From positions 16,087 to 80,086 of the forward strand of contig CAKPOE010000003.1 in NCBI GenBank assembly GCA_934169745.1: 64,000 nucleotides of DNA. Direction: 5' to 3'. Origin of the DNA: an uncultured Clostridia bacterium (GTDB lineage: Bacteria; Bacillota; Clostridia; TANB77; UBA1234). A program made the position numbers and the translations under genes. Of the stretch, positions 19,457 to 29,160 are shown piece by piece. A model generated the notes under the pieces. That model was given only the letters and a program-made list of their open reading frames with translations. It did no database searches and was not told the DNA's origin. Position 1 is the first letter of the stretch. Every line of letters begins with the position of its first letter.

Positions 19457-21040
19457 TTGAAAGTTGTAAATATTATTTCGGATTTGAACATTGGTGGTGC
19501 AGGTAAGTGCCTTATCAATTTTTGCCGTAATTATGATACGAAAAAATTTGATATTGTTGTCGTTGTACCAGAAGGAAGTGAACTAATAAGCGAATTAAAA
19601 TCTACACCGGTTAAGATTATTCAAATTGATGGATTGAAAAATAAATCATTAGATTTTAAAGCTTTCTTCAAACTAATTAAAATATTGAGAGCAGAGAAAC
19701 CAGATGTTGTACATACACATGCTAGCAGTATTGCAAGATTAGCTGCTAGATTTGTAAAAGGAACCAAAATAGTATACACAAGGCACTCGGTATTTCCTGT
19801 TAGCGAAAAAATTAAACACGGTATTGGAAGATGGTTATATAAAACGTCAAACGAATTATTAACAGATAGAATTATTGCAGTTGCTGAGGCTGCTAAAGAA
19901 AATTTGACAGATGGTGGAATTGATGAAAGCATAATTGATGTTATTTTAAATGGAGTAGAAAAAATACCAGAGACAACAGAGGAAGAAAGAAGCAAGCTAA
20001 AAAATAAATATGGAATAAAAGCAGATGAGAAAGTTATTGGAATACTTGCCAGACTTGAAGAAGTAAAAGGACATGAGTACTTTATAGATAGTGCAAAGAT
20101 TATTCTAGACGCAGGAATTAAAGCTAAATTCTTAATATTAGGTACTGGTTCAGAAGAAGAAAAATTAAAACAAAAAGTAAAGTCTATGGGGCTGGAAGAT
20201 AAAATAATTTTTACTGGTTTTATAAAGAATGTAAAAGATTTTGTTAATATATTTGACGTGCAAGTTAATTGTTCATATGGTACAGAAGCGACAAGTTTGG
20301 CTTTACTTGAAGGAATGAGTATAGGTGTTCCGGCGGTTGTAACTAATTATGGCGGTAATCCGGGAGTAATTAAAGATGGTGAGAATGGTTTTCTTGTGCC
20401 AATTAAGTCTCCTCAAGAAACTGCAGATGCAATCATAAAAATATTAACCGATGATAAATTAAGAGAAAAATTAAAAGAAAAGTCTATTGAAATTTTTAAT
20501 GAGAAATTTACTGTTGAAGTTTATACAAAGAATATAGAAGAGGAGTACGAAAAAGTGGAAAACGAACATAAAATAAGAAGATTTAATTTACTTGATATTG
20601 TTATTATAATATTAGTTCTGATTGCAGGGATTGTCGGGTACAAATTCTTAAACAAAGGTGAGAGCACAAGTGTAAATACCAAAAAAATAATCTATCAAGT
20701 TAGAACACAAGAGAGTGAGCCTGCGGTATATGATAAGATTACGTTAGATACAAACATTTATGATAGTGTTAAGAATTATTACATGGGAAAAGTAGTAAGC
20801 AAAGAAAGTATTCCATCAACACGTGATGTGCTTGATGAAAAAAATGAAAAATATGTTGTCGCAGAAGTTAATGATAAAATTGATATTATAATTACAATAG
20901 AAGCAGATGCTACAATGACTGACAAAGATATTATTGTAGGTGGCGGTTATCCTATAAAAGTTGGAAATAGCGCATATGTTAAAGGAAAAGGGTATGCTGG
21001 AATCGGTTATGTTATTTCAATCGAAAGGCTAGGTGAGTAA
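19457..21040 (+). CDS. Glycosyltransferase family 4 fused to a C-terminal TM + DUF4330-like domain
   Basis: 527 aa. N-terminal 370 aa is a GT-B glycosyltransferase (GT1/GT4 EX7E-like region). C-terminal about 150 aa has a TM plus a domain paralogous to the next ORF. Confidence 0.65.
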   Translation: MKVVNIISDLNIGGAGKCLINFCRNYDTKKFDIVVVVPEGSELISELKSTPVKIIQIDGLKNKSLDFKAFFKLIKILRAEKPDVVHTHASSIARLAARFVKGTKIVYTRHSVFPVSEKIKHGIGRWLYKTSNELLTDRIIAVAEAAKENLTDGGIDESIIDVILNGVEKIPETTEEERSKLKNKYGIKADEKVIGILARLEEVKGHEYFIDSAKIILDAGIKAKFLILGTGSEEEKLKQKVKSMGLEDKIIFTGFIKNVKDFVNIFDVQVNCSYGTEATSLALLEGMSIGVPAVVTNYGGNPGVIKDGENGFLVPIKSPQETADAIIKILTDDKLREKLKEKSIEIFNEKFTVEVYTKNIEEEYEKVENEHKIRRFNLLDIVIIILVLIAGIVGYKFLNKGESTSVNTKKIIYQVRTQESEPAVYDKITLDTNIYDSVKNYYMGKVVSKESIPSTRDVLDEKNEKYVVAEVNDKIDIIITIEADATMTDKDIIVGGGYPIKVGNSAYVKGKGYAGIGYVISIERLGE

Positions 21041-21506
21041 TATGAAAAAAATAAATATTATTGATATAGCAGTAGTTGTACTTATACTCGCTTTAGTTGT
21101 ATTTTCTTACTTGAAGTTTGGGGTATATGAACATACAAAAACAGATGCTGAGATGAATAAGATACAATTTAGCATTAAAATTTCAGAAGTAAGAGGTTAT
21201 ACAGGTGAGGCTTTTAAGGTTGGTGATACACTTTATGATTCTCAAACAAAATTAGCAATAGGAACAATCACAAATGTTGAAACTACCACATCGAAAATAA
21301 ACAGTGAAACAACTGATGGTAGAATTATTTATGTTGAAAATCCAGAGAGATACGATGTAATGATTACTGTTGAAACGGGAGGTATTGAAAATGATAAAGC
21401 ATATTTTGCTGATAAGAGTGTTGAACTAAAAGTTGGTAGTGAAAAAACAGTTGAGACAAGATATGTAAAAACTACAGGAAGAATAATCAGTATTGAATCA
21501 ATTTAA
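21033..21506 (+). CDS. DUF4330-like protein (paralog of the C-terminus of the preceding GT)
   Basis: 157 aa. N-terminal TM. Domain similar in outline to residues 375-527 of the upstream protein. Confidence 0.55.
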   Translation: MSNMKKINIIDIAVVVLILALVVFSYLKFGVYEHTKTDAEMNKIQFSIKISEVRGYTGEAFKVGDTLYDSQTKLAIGTITNVETTTSKINSETTDGRIIYVENPERYDVMITVETGGIENDKAYFADKSVELKVGSEKTVETRYVKTTGRIISIESI

Positions 21507-21516
21507 TGACAAGAAA

Positions 21517-21550
21517 AAAGAAACTCCACACGATGTTGTGGAGTTTTCCT
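21517..21550. terminator. Bidirectional terminator
   Basis: aaactccacacgatgttgtggagttt hairpin flanked by A-run and T-run. Confidence 0.6.
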
Positions 21551-21567
21551 TATTGCGTTAATTAAAT

Positions 21568-21975
21568 TTATTTTTTTTGAATTAAAGCTGCTAATGCAAT
21601 TACAACTACTACAATTACAATTGCAATTATTGCTCCAACAATTGTTGAATTTGATTTTGATGTTGTATCTGGTGTTGTAGTGTCTGGAGCTGTTGTATCT
21701 GGATTAGTAGTATCTGGCTCCGTTGTGTCTGGAGCTGTTGTATCTGGGTTAGTAGTATCTGGTTCTGTTGAATCAGGTGTTGTTTCACTACCATCTGTTG
21801 GAGTTCCAACATTCTCTTCGTTTCCTGTTCCTTCAGGTACTGTTGTTTCTTCTAGGTTTGTAGTAGTTACATCTACCTCAGGATTGTTTGTTAATATTGG
21901 TTCTTCTGTTGCAAAAGCAAAAGAAAGGGTCAATATCATTACTAATACTGTTAAAAAAGCTAATCTTTTCATCAT
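21568..21975 (-). CDS. Small secreted, C-terminally membrane-anchored Thr/Pro/Asp-rich repeat protein (PDTTx pentapeptide repeats)
   Basis: 135 aa. Signal peptide; 8 x PD(T/S)Tx repeats; C-terminal hydrophobic helix + KK. Confidence 0.7.
   Translation of the reverse strand: MMKRLAFLTVLVMILTLSFAFATEEPILTNNPEVDVTTTNLEETTVPEGTGNEENVGTPTDGSETTPDSTEPDTTNPDTTAPDTTEPDTTNPDTTAPDTTTPDTTSKSNSTIVGAIIAIVIVVVVIALAALIQKK
21668..21787. repeat. 8 x 15-bp tandem repeat (45-bp higher-order period) inside the PDTT-repeat gene
   Basis: tctggNNNNgttgtN units read directly. Units 2-4 are nearly identical to units 5-7. Confidence 0.8.
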
Positions 21976-22110
21976 ATTTTCCTCCTGTAAATAAAAATTG
22001 TTGCTGTATATTGATTTAGCCAGCAGACATATTATATAATACTAGTACTAGGTTGTCCAGTATGGGCACAAAAAAATCATTTAAAATTCAATAATGAGAG
22101 GGTTACATAA

Positions 22111-22734
22111 ATGAGATTGAAAAAAGTAAAGAATGCAGATATAGATGTTAAAAATTCAACATATACTGTTAATGAACCGCTTCTTCTAAAAGGAACGTGG
22201 AATGAAGAATTTAAAAATAATAATGATATTCATATTGAAATTGGTTGTGGTAGAGGACAATTCATAATACAAAAAGCTATTCAGAATCCAAATGTTAATT
22301 TCGTTGGTATTGAGGTTCAAGATAGCGCTTTAGTTAAAGCTGTAAAAAAATTAGACGATATGGAACCGCTTCCGAATTTACGTTTAATAAGAATTGACGC
22401 ATTAAAGCTTGGCGATGTATTTGAACATGAAGTTTCTTGTATATACTTGAACTTTTCAGATCCTTGGCCTAAGAAGAGACACACAAAAAGGAGACTTACA
22501 AGCCCAATTTTTTTAAAAGTATATGATTCACTTTTTAAAGATGGTATGAATATTATACAAAAGACTGATAATGTTGACTTGTTTGATTACTCGTTGGAAT
22601 CACTTTCGGAATATGGATACACTTTAAATAATGTTTCCAGAGATTATAATGATGAAAACAATATAGAAACAGAGTATGAAGAAAAGTTTAGAAAACAAGG
22701 CATAAAGATAAATTATCTTGAAGCTATAAAATAG
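22111..22734 (+). CDS. trmB: tRNA (guanine46-N7)-methyltransferase
   Basis: 207 aa. HIEIGCGRGQF SAM motif and DPWPKKRH motif. Confidence 0.85.
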   Translation: MRLKKVKNADIDVKNSTYTVNEPLLLKGTWNEEFKNNNDIHIEIGCGRGQFIIQKAIQNPNVNFVGIEVQDSALVKAVKKLDDMEPLPNLRLIRIDALKLGDVFEHEVSCIYLNFSDPWPKKRHTKRRLTSPIFLKVYDSLFKDGMNIIQKTDNVDLFDYSLESLSEYGYTLNNVSRDYNDENNIETEYEEKFRKQGIKINYLEAIK

Positions 22735-22906
22735 ATTGAAAGGAGTGATGCCAAAAAAGATAAGAAAGGTCGCCTAGACAACTGTACGGCGGAAATACTA
22801 GGAGTTTTAAAAACGCACATAATTGTCTGTTAATATATTTTATAATGCGAAAATCTTTGAGTTTCAAAGGTTTATTTGTGTTACGTTTGAAAGGGGATAT
22901 ATTCAT

Positions 22907-24139
22907 ATGAAAATATTAAAAAATTATGGGCAAACTATACTTTTAATTTTAGCCGTTATATTAGGAGGAGTCTTGGGAGCATCTTTTCCTGAGCAAGTGT
23001 TGGTCGTAAAGCCAATCGGAACATTGTTTATAAATTTGATTTTTATGATAATCGTTCCACTTATCTTTTTTAGCATTAGCAGTTCCATTGCTAAGATGAA
23101 GCCAAAAAGACTTAGCAAAATTATGAAATCAGCACTTCTTGTTTTCGTAATTACATCTATTGTTTGCGTTGCGATAGGATTATTTGGAACATACATATAT
23201 AAGCCACTTGATGGTGTTGATATATCAAATATACAATCGGAAATAGATTTGGAAGAAGAGACAGAATTAACAAAAACAAATACATTAGAACAGTTTGTTA
23301 ATTCACTTACAGTTTCTGATTTTAACTTACTATTATCTAAAAACAGTATTTTACCATTAATCGTTTTTTCAATTTTATTCGGATTATCAGCAGCTTTAAC
23401 AAGTGAAAAATCTCAAGCAATGATTAATTTCTTACAGGCTGGAAACGAAGTGGTAATGAAGATGATTACAATTATTATGTATTTTGCTCCAATAGGCTTA
23501 GGTTGCTATTTTGCAGCAACAATAAGCGAACTAGGAACAAGCCTAATTACAGGATATATACGAGCATTTGTTGGATATACAATATTATCTGTGTTATATT
23601 ACATTTTGGCGTATACATTACAAGCTTTTATAGCTGGCGGTAAGAAAGGTGTCAAAGATTATTGGAAACACATTGCTGCTCCGTCACTTACAGCACTTGG
23701 AACTTGCTCTAGTGGTGTGGCAATTCCATCTAACATAATCGCAGCAAAAAAGATGGGAGTACCAAAAGATATCGCAGAAACAGTAATTCCATTGGGAACA
23801 AATATCCACAAAGAAGGGTCTTTAATAGGGTCAGTCTTAAAAATAGTATTTCTTTTCTGTTTATTTGGCAGAGAGATTTCTACGCTTCCAGTTATACTTT
23901 CAATACTTGGAGGTTCTATTTTAGTCGGATTCTTGGTTAGTGCAGTTCCGACTGGTGGAGGCGTAATTTCTGAGATGCTTATACTAACACTATTTGGATT
24001 TCCAGCAAGCAGCATTGGAATACTTGCTATCATTGCTACAATAATAGATGCGCCAGCTACAGTTTTAAATGTTGTAGGTAACACCAGTTGTGCAATGCTT
24101 ACGTCAAGATTAGTTGAGGGCAAAGACTGGAATAATTAA
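22907..24139 (+). CDS. Dicarboxylate/amino acid:cation symporter (DAACS/SDF family) transporter
   Basis: Start placed at MKILKNYGQ after the RBS. 8+ TM; hairpin-loop regions typical of the GltP/SstT family. Confidence 0.7.
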   Translation: MKILKNYGQTILLILAVILGGVLGASFPEQVLVVKPIGTLFINLIFMIIVPLIFFSISSSIAKMKPKRLSKIMKSALLVFVITSIVCVAIGLFGTYIYKPLDGVDISNIQSEIDLEEETELTKTNTLEQFVNSLTVSDFNLLLSKNSILPLIVFSILFGLSAALTSEKSQAMINFLQAGNEVVMKMITIIMYFAPIGLGCYFAATISELGTSLITGYIRAFVGYTILSVLYYILAYTLQAFIAGGKKGVKDYWKHIAAPSLTALGTCSSGVAIPSNIIAAKKMGVPKDIAETVIPLGTNIHKEGSLIGSVLKIVFLFCLFGREISTLPVILSILGGSILVGFLVSAVPTGGGVISEMLILTLFGFPASSIGILAIIATIIDAPATVLNVVGNTSCAMLTSRLVEGKDWNN

Positions 24140-24159
24140 TTTTGAAAAGAGGGTAAAAA

Positions 24160-24987
24160 ATGAAATTGCTACTCAGCGTATTGATGTTTTTTCAATCTAT
24201 TTTTGCATTGCAAGAAAAGGTTGTTGAGATAGATAAAATATTGAATGAGGTTGATGTCCCAATTGTTATGTATCATCACATAGAAGAAAATGAGGATATT
24301 CTTAATGATTTTATGGTTACGCCCAAGAAACTTGAAAATGATATTAAGAAAATCAAAGATATGGGATATGTGCCAGTATCATACATAGAATTATATGATT
24401 TTGTAAACAATGGAGGCACTTTGCCAGATAAACCGATTTTAATAACTTTTGATGATGGATATGAAAGCAACTATACATATTTGTATCCAATATTAAAAAG
24501 ATATGATATGAAAGCCACTATTTCTGTTATCGGAAAAATGGTTGGAAAAGACACATGTGATGGCATTCCAACATATAAGCATTTTACTTATGACGAGGCA
24601 AAAGAGATGTATAATTCAGGACTTGTAGAAATTCAAACGCATACGTATAGCTTACATGATATAAACAATCGAGTTGGTATAAAAATTAAAGATGGAGAGA
24701 ATGAAGAAACATATAAAGAACTAGTAGCAAATGATATTACAAAATCTGTTGCAGAACTAACAAATGAGGTTGGAAGTGAAAAGTTAGTTTTCACGTATCC
24801 CTACGGCGCATATAATGATTTGACAGAAAGTATACTTAAAGATTTAGGCTTTGAAATAACTGTAACAACAGATAGTGGTATAAATCACATAAAGCTAGGA
24901 GAAAAAGATACGTTATTGAAACTAAAGCGATATAACATAACAAACAATACGGAATTAGAAAAGATTTTAGGAGAAATTCATGAATAA
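24160..24987 (+). CDS. Polysaccharide deacetylase (NodB homology) family protein
   Basis: 275 aa. ITFDDGYESNYTYLYPILKRY NodB motif 1. Confidence 0.8.
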   Translation: MKLLLSVLMFFQSIFALQEKVVEIDKILNEVDVPIVMYHHIEENEDILNDFMVTPKKLENDIKKIKDMGYVPVSYIELYDFVNNGGTLPDKPILITFDDGYESNYTYLYPILKRYDMKATISVIGKMVGKDTCDGIPTYKHFTYDEAKEMYNSGLVEIQTHTYSLHDINNRVGIKIKDGENEETYKELVANDITKSVAELTNEVGSEKLVFTYPYGAYNDLTESILKDLGFEITVTTDSGINHIKLGEKDTLLKLKRYNITNNTELEKILGEIHE

Positions 24988-25030
24988 ATGCACAGTGTTT
25001 GCAATAAACTTATTTGATTTATAAAACTAT

Positions 25031-25059
25031 TTGACATCACGGATAACATAATGTATAAT
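25031..25059 (+). promoter_or_regulatory. rnpB sigma-A promoter TTGACA-17-TATAAT (extended TG)
   Basis: TTGACA 25031-25036; TATAAT 25054-25059. Confidence 0.7.
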
Positions 25060-25066
25060 TAAATAC

Positions 25067-25429
25067 GGAGTGAGTCAGATAATCGCGGATACCACAAAGG
25101 TATATGAGGAAAGTCCGGGCTCCACAGGGCAGGGTGCCAGTTAACGACTGGTGGAGGTAACTCTAAGGAAAGTGCAACAGAAATAAACCGCCACAACTTT
25201 GTTGTGAGAATGAGTTTTGTGCTCGTTCGTGTAAGGATGGAAAGGCAGGGTAAGAGCCTACCAGCAATATGGAGACATATTGGCTATGCAAACCCCACTC
25301 GGAGCAACGCTATGGGAGAAGTTTAGATGGCCCGTCATTACTTCTTAAAGAAGCGGCTTGAGATATATAGCAATATATATCCTAGATAAATGATTATCAA
25401 ATACAGAACCCGGCTTATAGATTTACTCT
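25067..25429 (+). ncRNA. rnpB: RNase P RNA (bacterial type B)
   Basis: Universal GGAAAGTCCGGGCTCC motif. ACAGAACCCGGCTTA near the 3' end. 5'/3' ends can pair as P1. About 360 nt, typical for Firmicutes. Confidence 0.85.
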
Positions 25430-25436
25430 ATATATG

Positions 25437-25476
25437 AAACCACCCAGTTTGAATAGCTGGGTGGTTTGTGTTTTTA
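25437..25476 (+). terminator. rnpB terminator
   Basis: aaccacccag...ctgggtggtt hairpin followed by tgtgttttt. Confidence 0.7.
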
Positions 25477-25491
25477 TATTGAGCGTCCATA

Positions 25492-26364
25492 TTAATGCAA
25501 AGTGTGTATAAGTTTTTTCATATCATTTGGAAGCGGTGCGATTATTTCTATTTGCTTTTTTGTAATCGGATGTATAAAAAACAATCTATATGCATGCAAG
25601 GCTTGACGAGAAATCATTTCTGATTCGTTTCCATATAAAGTGTCACCTAAAATTGGATTTCCTTTATAAGATAAATGTACGCGAATTTGATGTGTTCTGC
25701 CAGTTTCTATATTTATCTTTAGCACTGAGTAATCATCAAACTTTGCCACAGTCTCATAGTGAGTTATTGCACGTTGGCCTCTTTCTGATACAATTCGTTC
25801 CATGATAGAGCCTTCTTTTCTGGCGATCGGAGCATCTATGGTTCCCGCTTCTGGAGTTATATTTCCATTAATTATAGCGATGTATTCTTTGTAAGGCTTA
25901 ACGCTTAAGAAAGCCTCCTGTACATATTCATTCTTCGCAAATAATACTATTCCTGAGGTGTCTCTATCAAGTCTGTTAATAGGTCGTATCTTTTTATCAT
26001 TGTTTAAATAATATTTAACGCCATTTGCTAATGTATTATCTGGATGATAACTAGATGGATGAACTACCATGCCAGCAGGTTTATTTACAGCAAGAATATA
26101 TTCATCTTCATAGAGTATATCTAAATCCATTTTTTGCATAAGGATTTCATCTGTTTCTTTAAAATCAATTAAAGCCTCCACACAATCACCAGTTTGAACT
26201 TCGTAAGAAGTATACACTGTTTTTTTATTAACTAGTATGCAATTATTATTTTTCAATTTTATAAGAAGTCTTGCAGAAACGTTTAGTTTGTCTCTGAGAA
26301 TTGTAGAAACTCTTTTTCCAGCTTCGTCGTCGTTTACTGTATATTTAAGTACTATTTTAATCAC
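25492..26364 (-). CDS. RluA-family pseudouridine synthase (RluD/YlyB-like, S4 + PseudoU_synth_2)
   Basis: 290 aa. HQIRVHL catalytic motif context and N-terminal S4-like domain. Confidence 0.85.
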   Translation of the reverse strand: MIKIVLKYTVNDDEAGKRVSTILRDKLNVSARLLIKLKNNNCILVNKKTVYTSYEVQTGDCVEALIDFKETDEILMQKMDLDILYEDEYILAVNKPAGMVVHPSSYHPDNTLANGVKYYLNNDKKIRPINRLDRDTSGIVLFAKNEYVQEAFLSVKPYKEYIAIINGNITPEAGTIDAPIARKEGSIMERIVSERGQRAITHYETVAKFDDYSVLKINIETGRTHQIRVHLSYKGNPILGDTLYGNESEMISRQALHAYRLFFIHPITKKQIEIIAPLPNDMKKLIHTLH

Positions 26365-26433
26365 CTCTTGCGGTATTATATCATATTATACAATAGATAA
26401 GGAATATTTATTTTGTATATGAGGAGGATTTTT

Positions 26434-26751
26434 ATGGGAAGATGTTGCCGTGTAAACAATAGGAATAATGTTTTATCTGCAAATGATATAAATAATACTC
26501 TACCAGTAGTTAATTCGTGCAATTGCAATAACACTAGTTGCAATCGAGAAGAAAGTTTGCTTGATAACTTGTGTAATTTTCTTGGATGTAACTGTAACTG
26601 TCAATTCGATACATCAAATTCAAGAAACTTGGAAGAAGTAAATGGTATATTGGAAGATGTAGGATGTGATTATATAACTCTTAGGTCTACTAATACTGGA
26701 CGTAGGACAATTTGCAATACAGATACATTACAATTTGTTAATATACTCTAA
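26434..26751 (+). CDS. Small cysteine-rich protein (CNCN/CxC motifs); possibly a spore-coat-type structural protein
   Basis: ATG at 26434 with AGGAGG RBS (the upstream TTG at 26413 is not used). 105 aa with 14 Cys and many Asn. Function is inferred only. Confidence 0.45.
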   Translation: MGRCCRVNNRNNVLSANDINNTLPVVNSCNCNNTSCNREESLLDNLCNFLGCNCNCQFDTSNSRNLEEVNGILEDVGCDYITLRSTNTGRRTICNTDTLQFVNIL

Positions 26752-26827
26752 TTTTCATTGAAAATACTTTTTGATAGATATATAATAATTGATGAATTTT
26801 TAAATACTGAAAAGGAGAGTGTAATAT

Positions 26828-27817
26828 ATGAATTTTATAGATTCAATGAAAGAAAAAGCAAGTAAGAACCTAAAAACAATTGTACTTCCGGAAAGCAATG
26901 ATATTAGGGTATTGGAAGCCGCAAGAAAAGTAACCGACCAAGGTTTTGCAAAAGTTATATTATTAGGGAATAAAGACGAATTGCAAGAAATTGCTGGTGA
27001 AATGAGTATAGCTGATATCACAGTAATAAATCCTTTAGAAAGTGATAAAAAAGAAAAATATATAAATGACTTTTATGAACTTAGAAAAGCTAAAGGAATG
27101 ACTATTGAAAAGGCTGAAGAAACTTTGAAAAACAACATATATTTTGGCACAATGATGATAAAAGAAGGAGATGCAGATGGTTTAGTAGCAGGAAGCATAT
27201 GTTCAACCGCTGATACATTAAGACCATCTCTTCAAATTCTAAAGACAGCACCAGGAGTTAAACTTGTTTCTTCATTCTTTATAATGCAAGTGCCAAATAG
27301 TGAATATGGACAAGATGGTATGTTCTTATTCTCAGATTGTGGTTTAAATACCAATCCAAATGCCGATGAACTTTCTGAAATAGCTATTTCTTCTGCTAAT
27401 ACATGGAAACAATTAGTTGGTACAGAACCTAAAGTAGCAATGCTTTCATATTCAACTTTTGGTAGCGCACCAATTACAGAACTAACAGAAAAAGTTATCA
27501 ATGCAACTAAACTAGTAAAAGAGAAAGAACCTAATTTGTTAGTTGATGGAGAAATGCAAGCAGATGCATCAATTGTTCCTAGCGTGGGGGCTAAGAAAGC
27601 ACCAGGAAGTGCAGTTGCAGGCAATGCTAATGTTCTTATATTCCCTGATTTAAATGCCGGAAATATAGGGTATAAATTGGTAGAAAGATTGGCTAAAGCA
27701 GAGGCTTATGGACCTGTTACACAGGGTATTGCTAAACCAGTGAATGATCTTTCAAGAGGATGTAAAGCAGATGATATAGTTGGCGTTGTTGCAATAACAG
27801 CAGTACAAGCTCAATAG
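26828..27817 (+). CDS. pta: Phosphate acetyltransferase
   Basis: 329 aa. Full-length match to the Pta fold, including the SVxxDLxxG region near the C-terminus. Confidence 0.9.
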   Translation: MNFIDSMKEKASKNLKTIVLPESNDIRVLEAARKVTDQGFAKVILLGNKDELQEIAGEMSIADITVINPLESDKKEKYINDFYELRKAKGMTIEKAEETLKNNIYFGTMMIKEGDADGLVAGSICSTADTLRPSLQILKTAPGVKLVSSFFIMQVPNSEYGQDGMFLFSDCGLNTNPNADELSEIAISSANTWKQLVGTEPKVAMLSYSTFGSAPITELTEKVINATKLVKEKEPNLLVDGEMQADASIVPSVGAKKAPGSAVAGNANVLIFPDLNAGNIGYKLVERLAKAEAYGPVTQGIAKPVNDLSRGCKADDIVGVVAITAVQAQ

Positions 27818-27888
27818 TATTTTTTTGTTGAATTTCGTAGTATTTTGTGATAGAATTAGCACTAGATTAAATTTTGGGAGGAATTAGA

Positions 27889-29100
27889 ATGAAGGTTTTA
27901 GTTGTTAACTGTGGTAGTTCATCTCTTAAATATCAATTAATTGATATGGAGAATGAAAAAGTTCTATGCAAAGGAAAATGTGATGTTATCGGCGGAAGTA
28001 TGGATGCCATAACGCCACCATTTATTGAATACAAAGGTAGAAGCGGTAAGAAGGTAAAAGAAGTTATGCCTCTTCCAGATCATGTTGCTGCATTTAGAGC
28101 AGTTGTAAAATATATGCTAGATAGCGAGGAAGGCGTTATTTCAGACTTAAAAGAGATTTCTGCAATAGGACATAGAGTGGTTAATGCGGGACCTTTCTTC
28201 AAAAAGAGTACACTAGTTACAGATGAAGTTATAAAATTATTTAAGGAAAAATCTATGCCATATGCACCACTTCATAACGGACCAGCACTTCAAGGTATAA
28301 ATGCTTGCTTTGAAACAATGCCCGGTATTCCTCAAGTATTAGTATTTGACACAACATTCCATCAAACAATGCCTGAAAGAGCATTTATGTATGGTGTGCC
28401 ATATGACTGGTATACAGAAAACGGAGTTAGAAGATACGGTGCACATGGAATGTCACATCAATATGTAACTGAAGAAGCAGCTAAATTATTAGGAAAAGAT
28501 ATTTCTGAAGTAAATATGATTTCTTGCCACTTAGGAAATGGCTCTAGTATAACAGCCATCAAAAATGGTAAATGTGTGGATACATCAATGGGATTTACGC
28601 CTCTTGAGGGGTTAGTAATGGGTACTAGAAGCGGAGATATAGACCCAGCTGTACTTGAGTTTATGATGGACAGAACAGGAATGGATATTCATGAAATGTT
28701 AAATACATTAAATAAAAAGTCTGGCTTGCTTGCACTTTCTGGAAAAACAGGAGATGTTAGAGACTTGAGAATTTTGAGAGATGGCGGAGACGAAAGAGCT
28801 AAGATGGCACTTGATGTATTAACATATCGTATTAGAAAATACATTGGAGCATATATGGCTGTTCTTGGTCACGTTGATTGCATTACTTTTGAAGGTGGAA
28901 TAGGGGAGCATAACCCTGATATAGTAAAACAATCTATTGAGGGCCTTGAGGAATTTGGTATTATTTATGATGATTCTCATATTGATGATGAACAATACGA
29001 AGGAATTGTAAGTACACCAGAATCTAAGGTTAAGATGTTTGTTATAGCAACAAACGAAGAAATTGTAATAGCAAAAGAAACATTGAATTTAGTTAAATAA
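27889..29100 (+). CDS. ackA: Acetate kinase
   Basis: Start at MKVLVVNCGSSSLKYQL after the GGAGG RBS. Classic acetokinase signature. Confidence 0.9.
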   Translation: MKVLVVNCGSSSLKYQLIDMENEKVLCKGKCDVIGGSMDAITPPFIEYKGRSGKKVKEVMPLPDHVAAFRAVVKYMLDSEEGVISDLKEISAIGHRVVNAGPFFKKSTLVTDEVIKLFKEKSMPYAPLHNGPALQGINACFETMPGIPQVLVFDTTFHQTMPERAFMYGVPYDWYTENGVRRYGAHGMSHQYVTEEAAKLLGKDISEVNMISCHLGNGSSITAIKNGKCVDTSMGFTPLEGLVMGTRSGDIDPAVLEFMMDRTGMDIHEMLNTLNKKSGLLALSGKTGDVRDLRILRDGGDERAKMALDVLTYRIRKYIGAYMAVLGHVDCITFEGGIGEHNPDIVKQSIEGLEEFGIIYDDSHIDDEQYEGIVSTPESKVKMFVIATNEEIVIAKETLNLVK

Positions 29101-29125
29101 GAAAATTTTTGATTTTCATACATAT

Positions 29126-29160
29126 TGAAAGGCAGCCTTAATTGGCTGCCTTTTCTTAGT
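29126..29160. terminator. Terminator after ackA, shared with a convergent gene
   Basis: aaaggcagcc ttaatt ggctgccttt hairpin + T-run. Confidence 0.7.

Noticed and set aside
22735-22906. Possible riboswitch in the 170-nt leader of the DAACS transporter gene.
   Set aside because: No match by eye to known riboswitch cores (T-box, S-box, glycine, lysine, purine). Left as plain 5' UTR/promoter.
26413-26433. TTG at 26413 as the start of the Cys-rich protein (track MYMRRIFM...).
   Set aside because: The AGGAGG at 26422-26427 would then be inside the ORF. ATG 26434 sits 6 nt after that RBS and is the better start.
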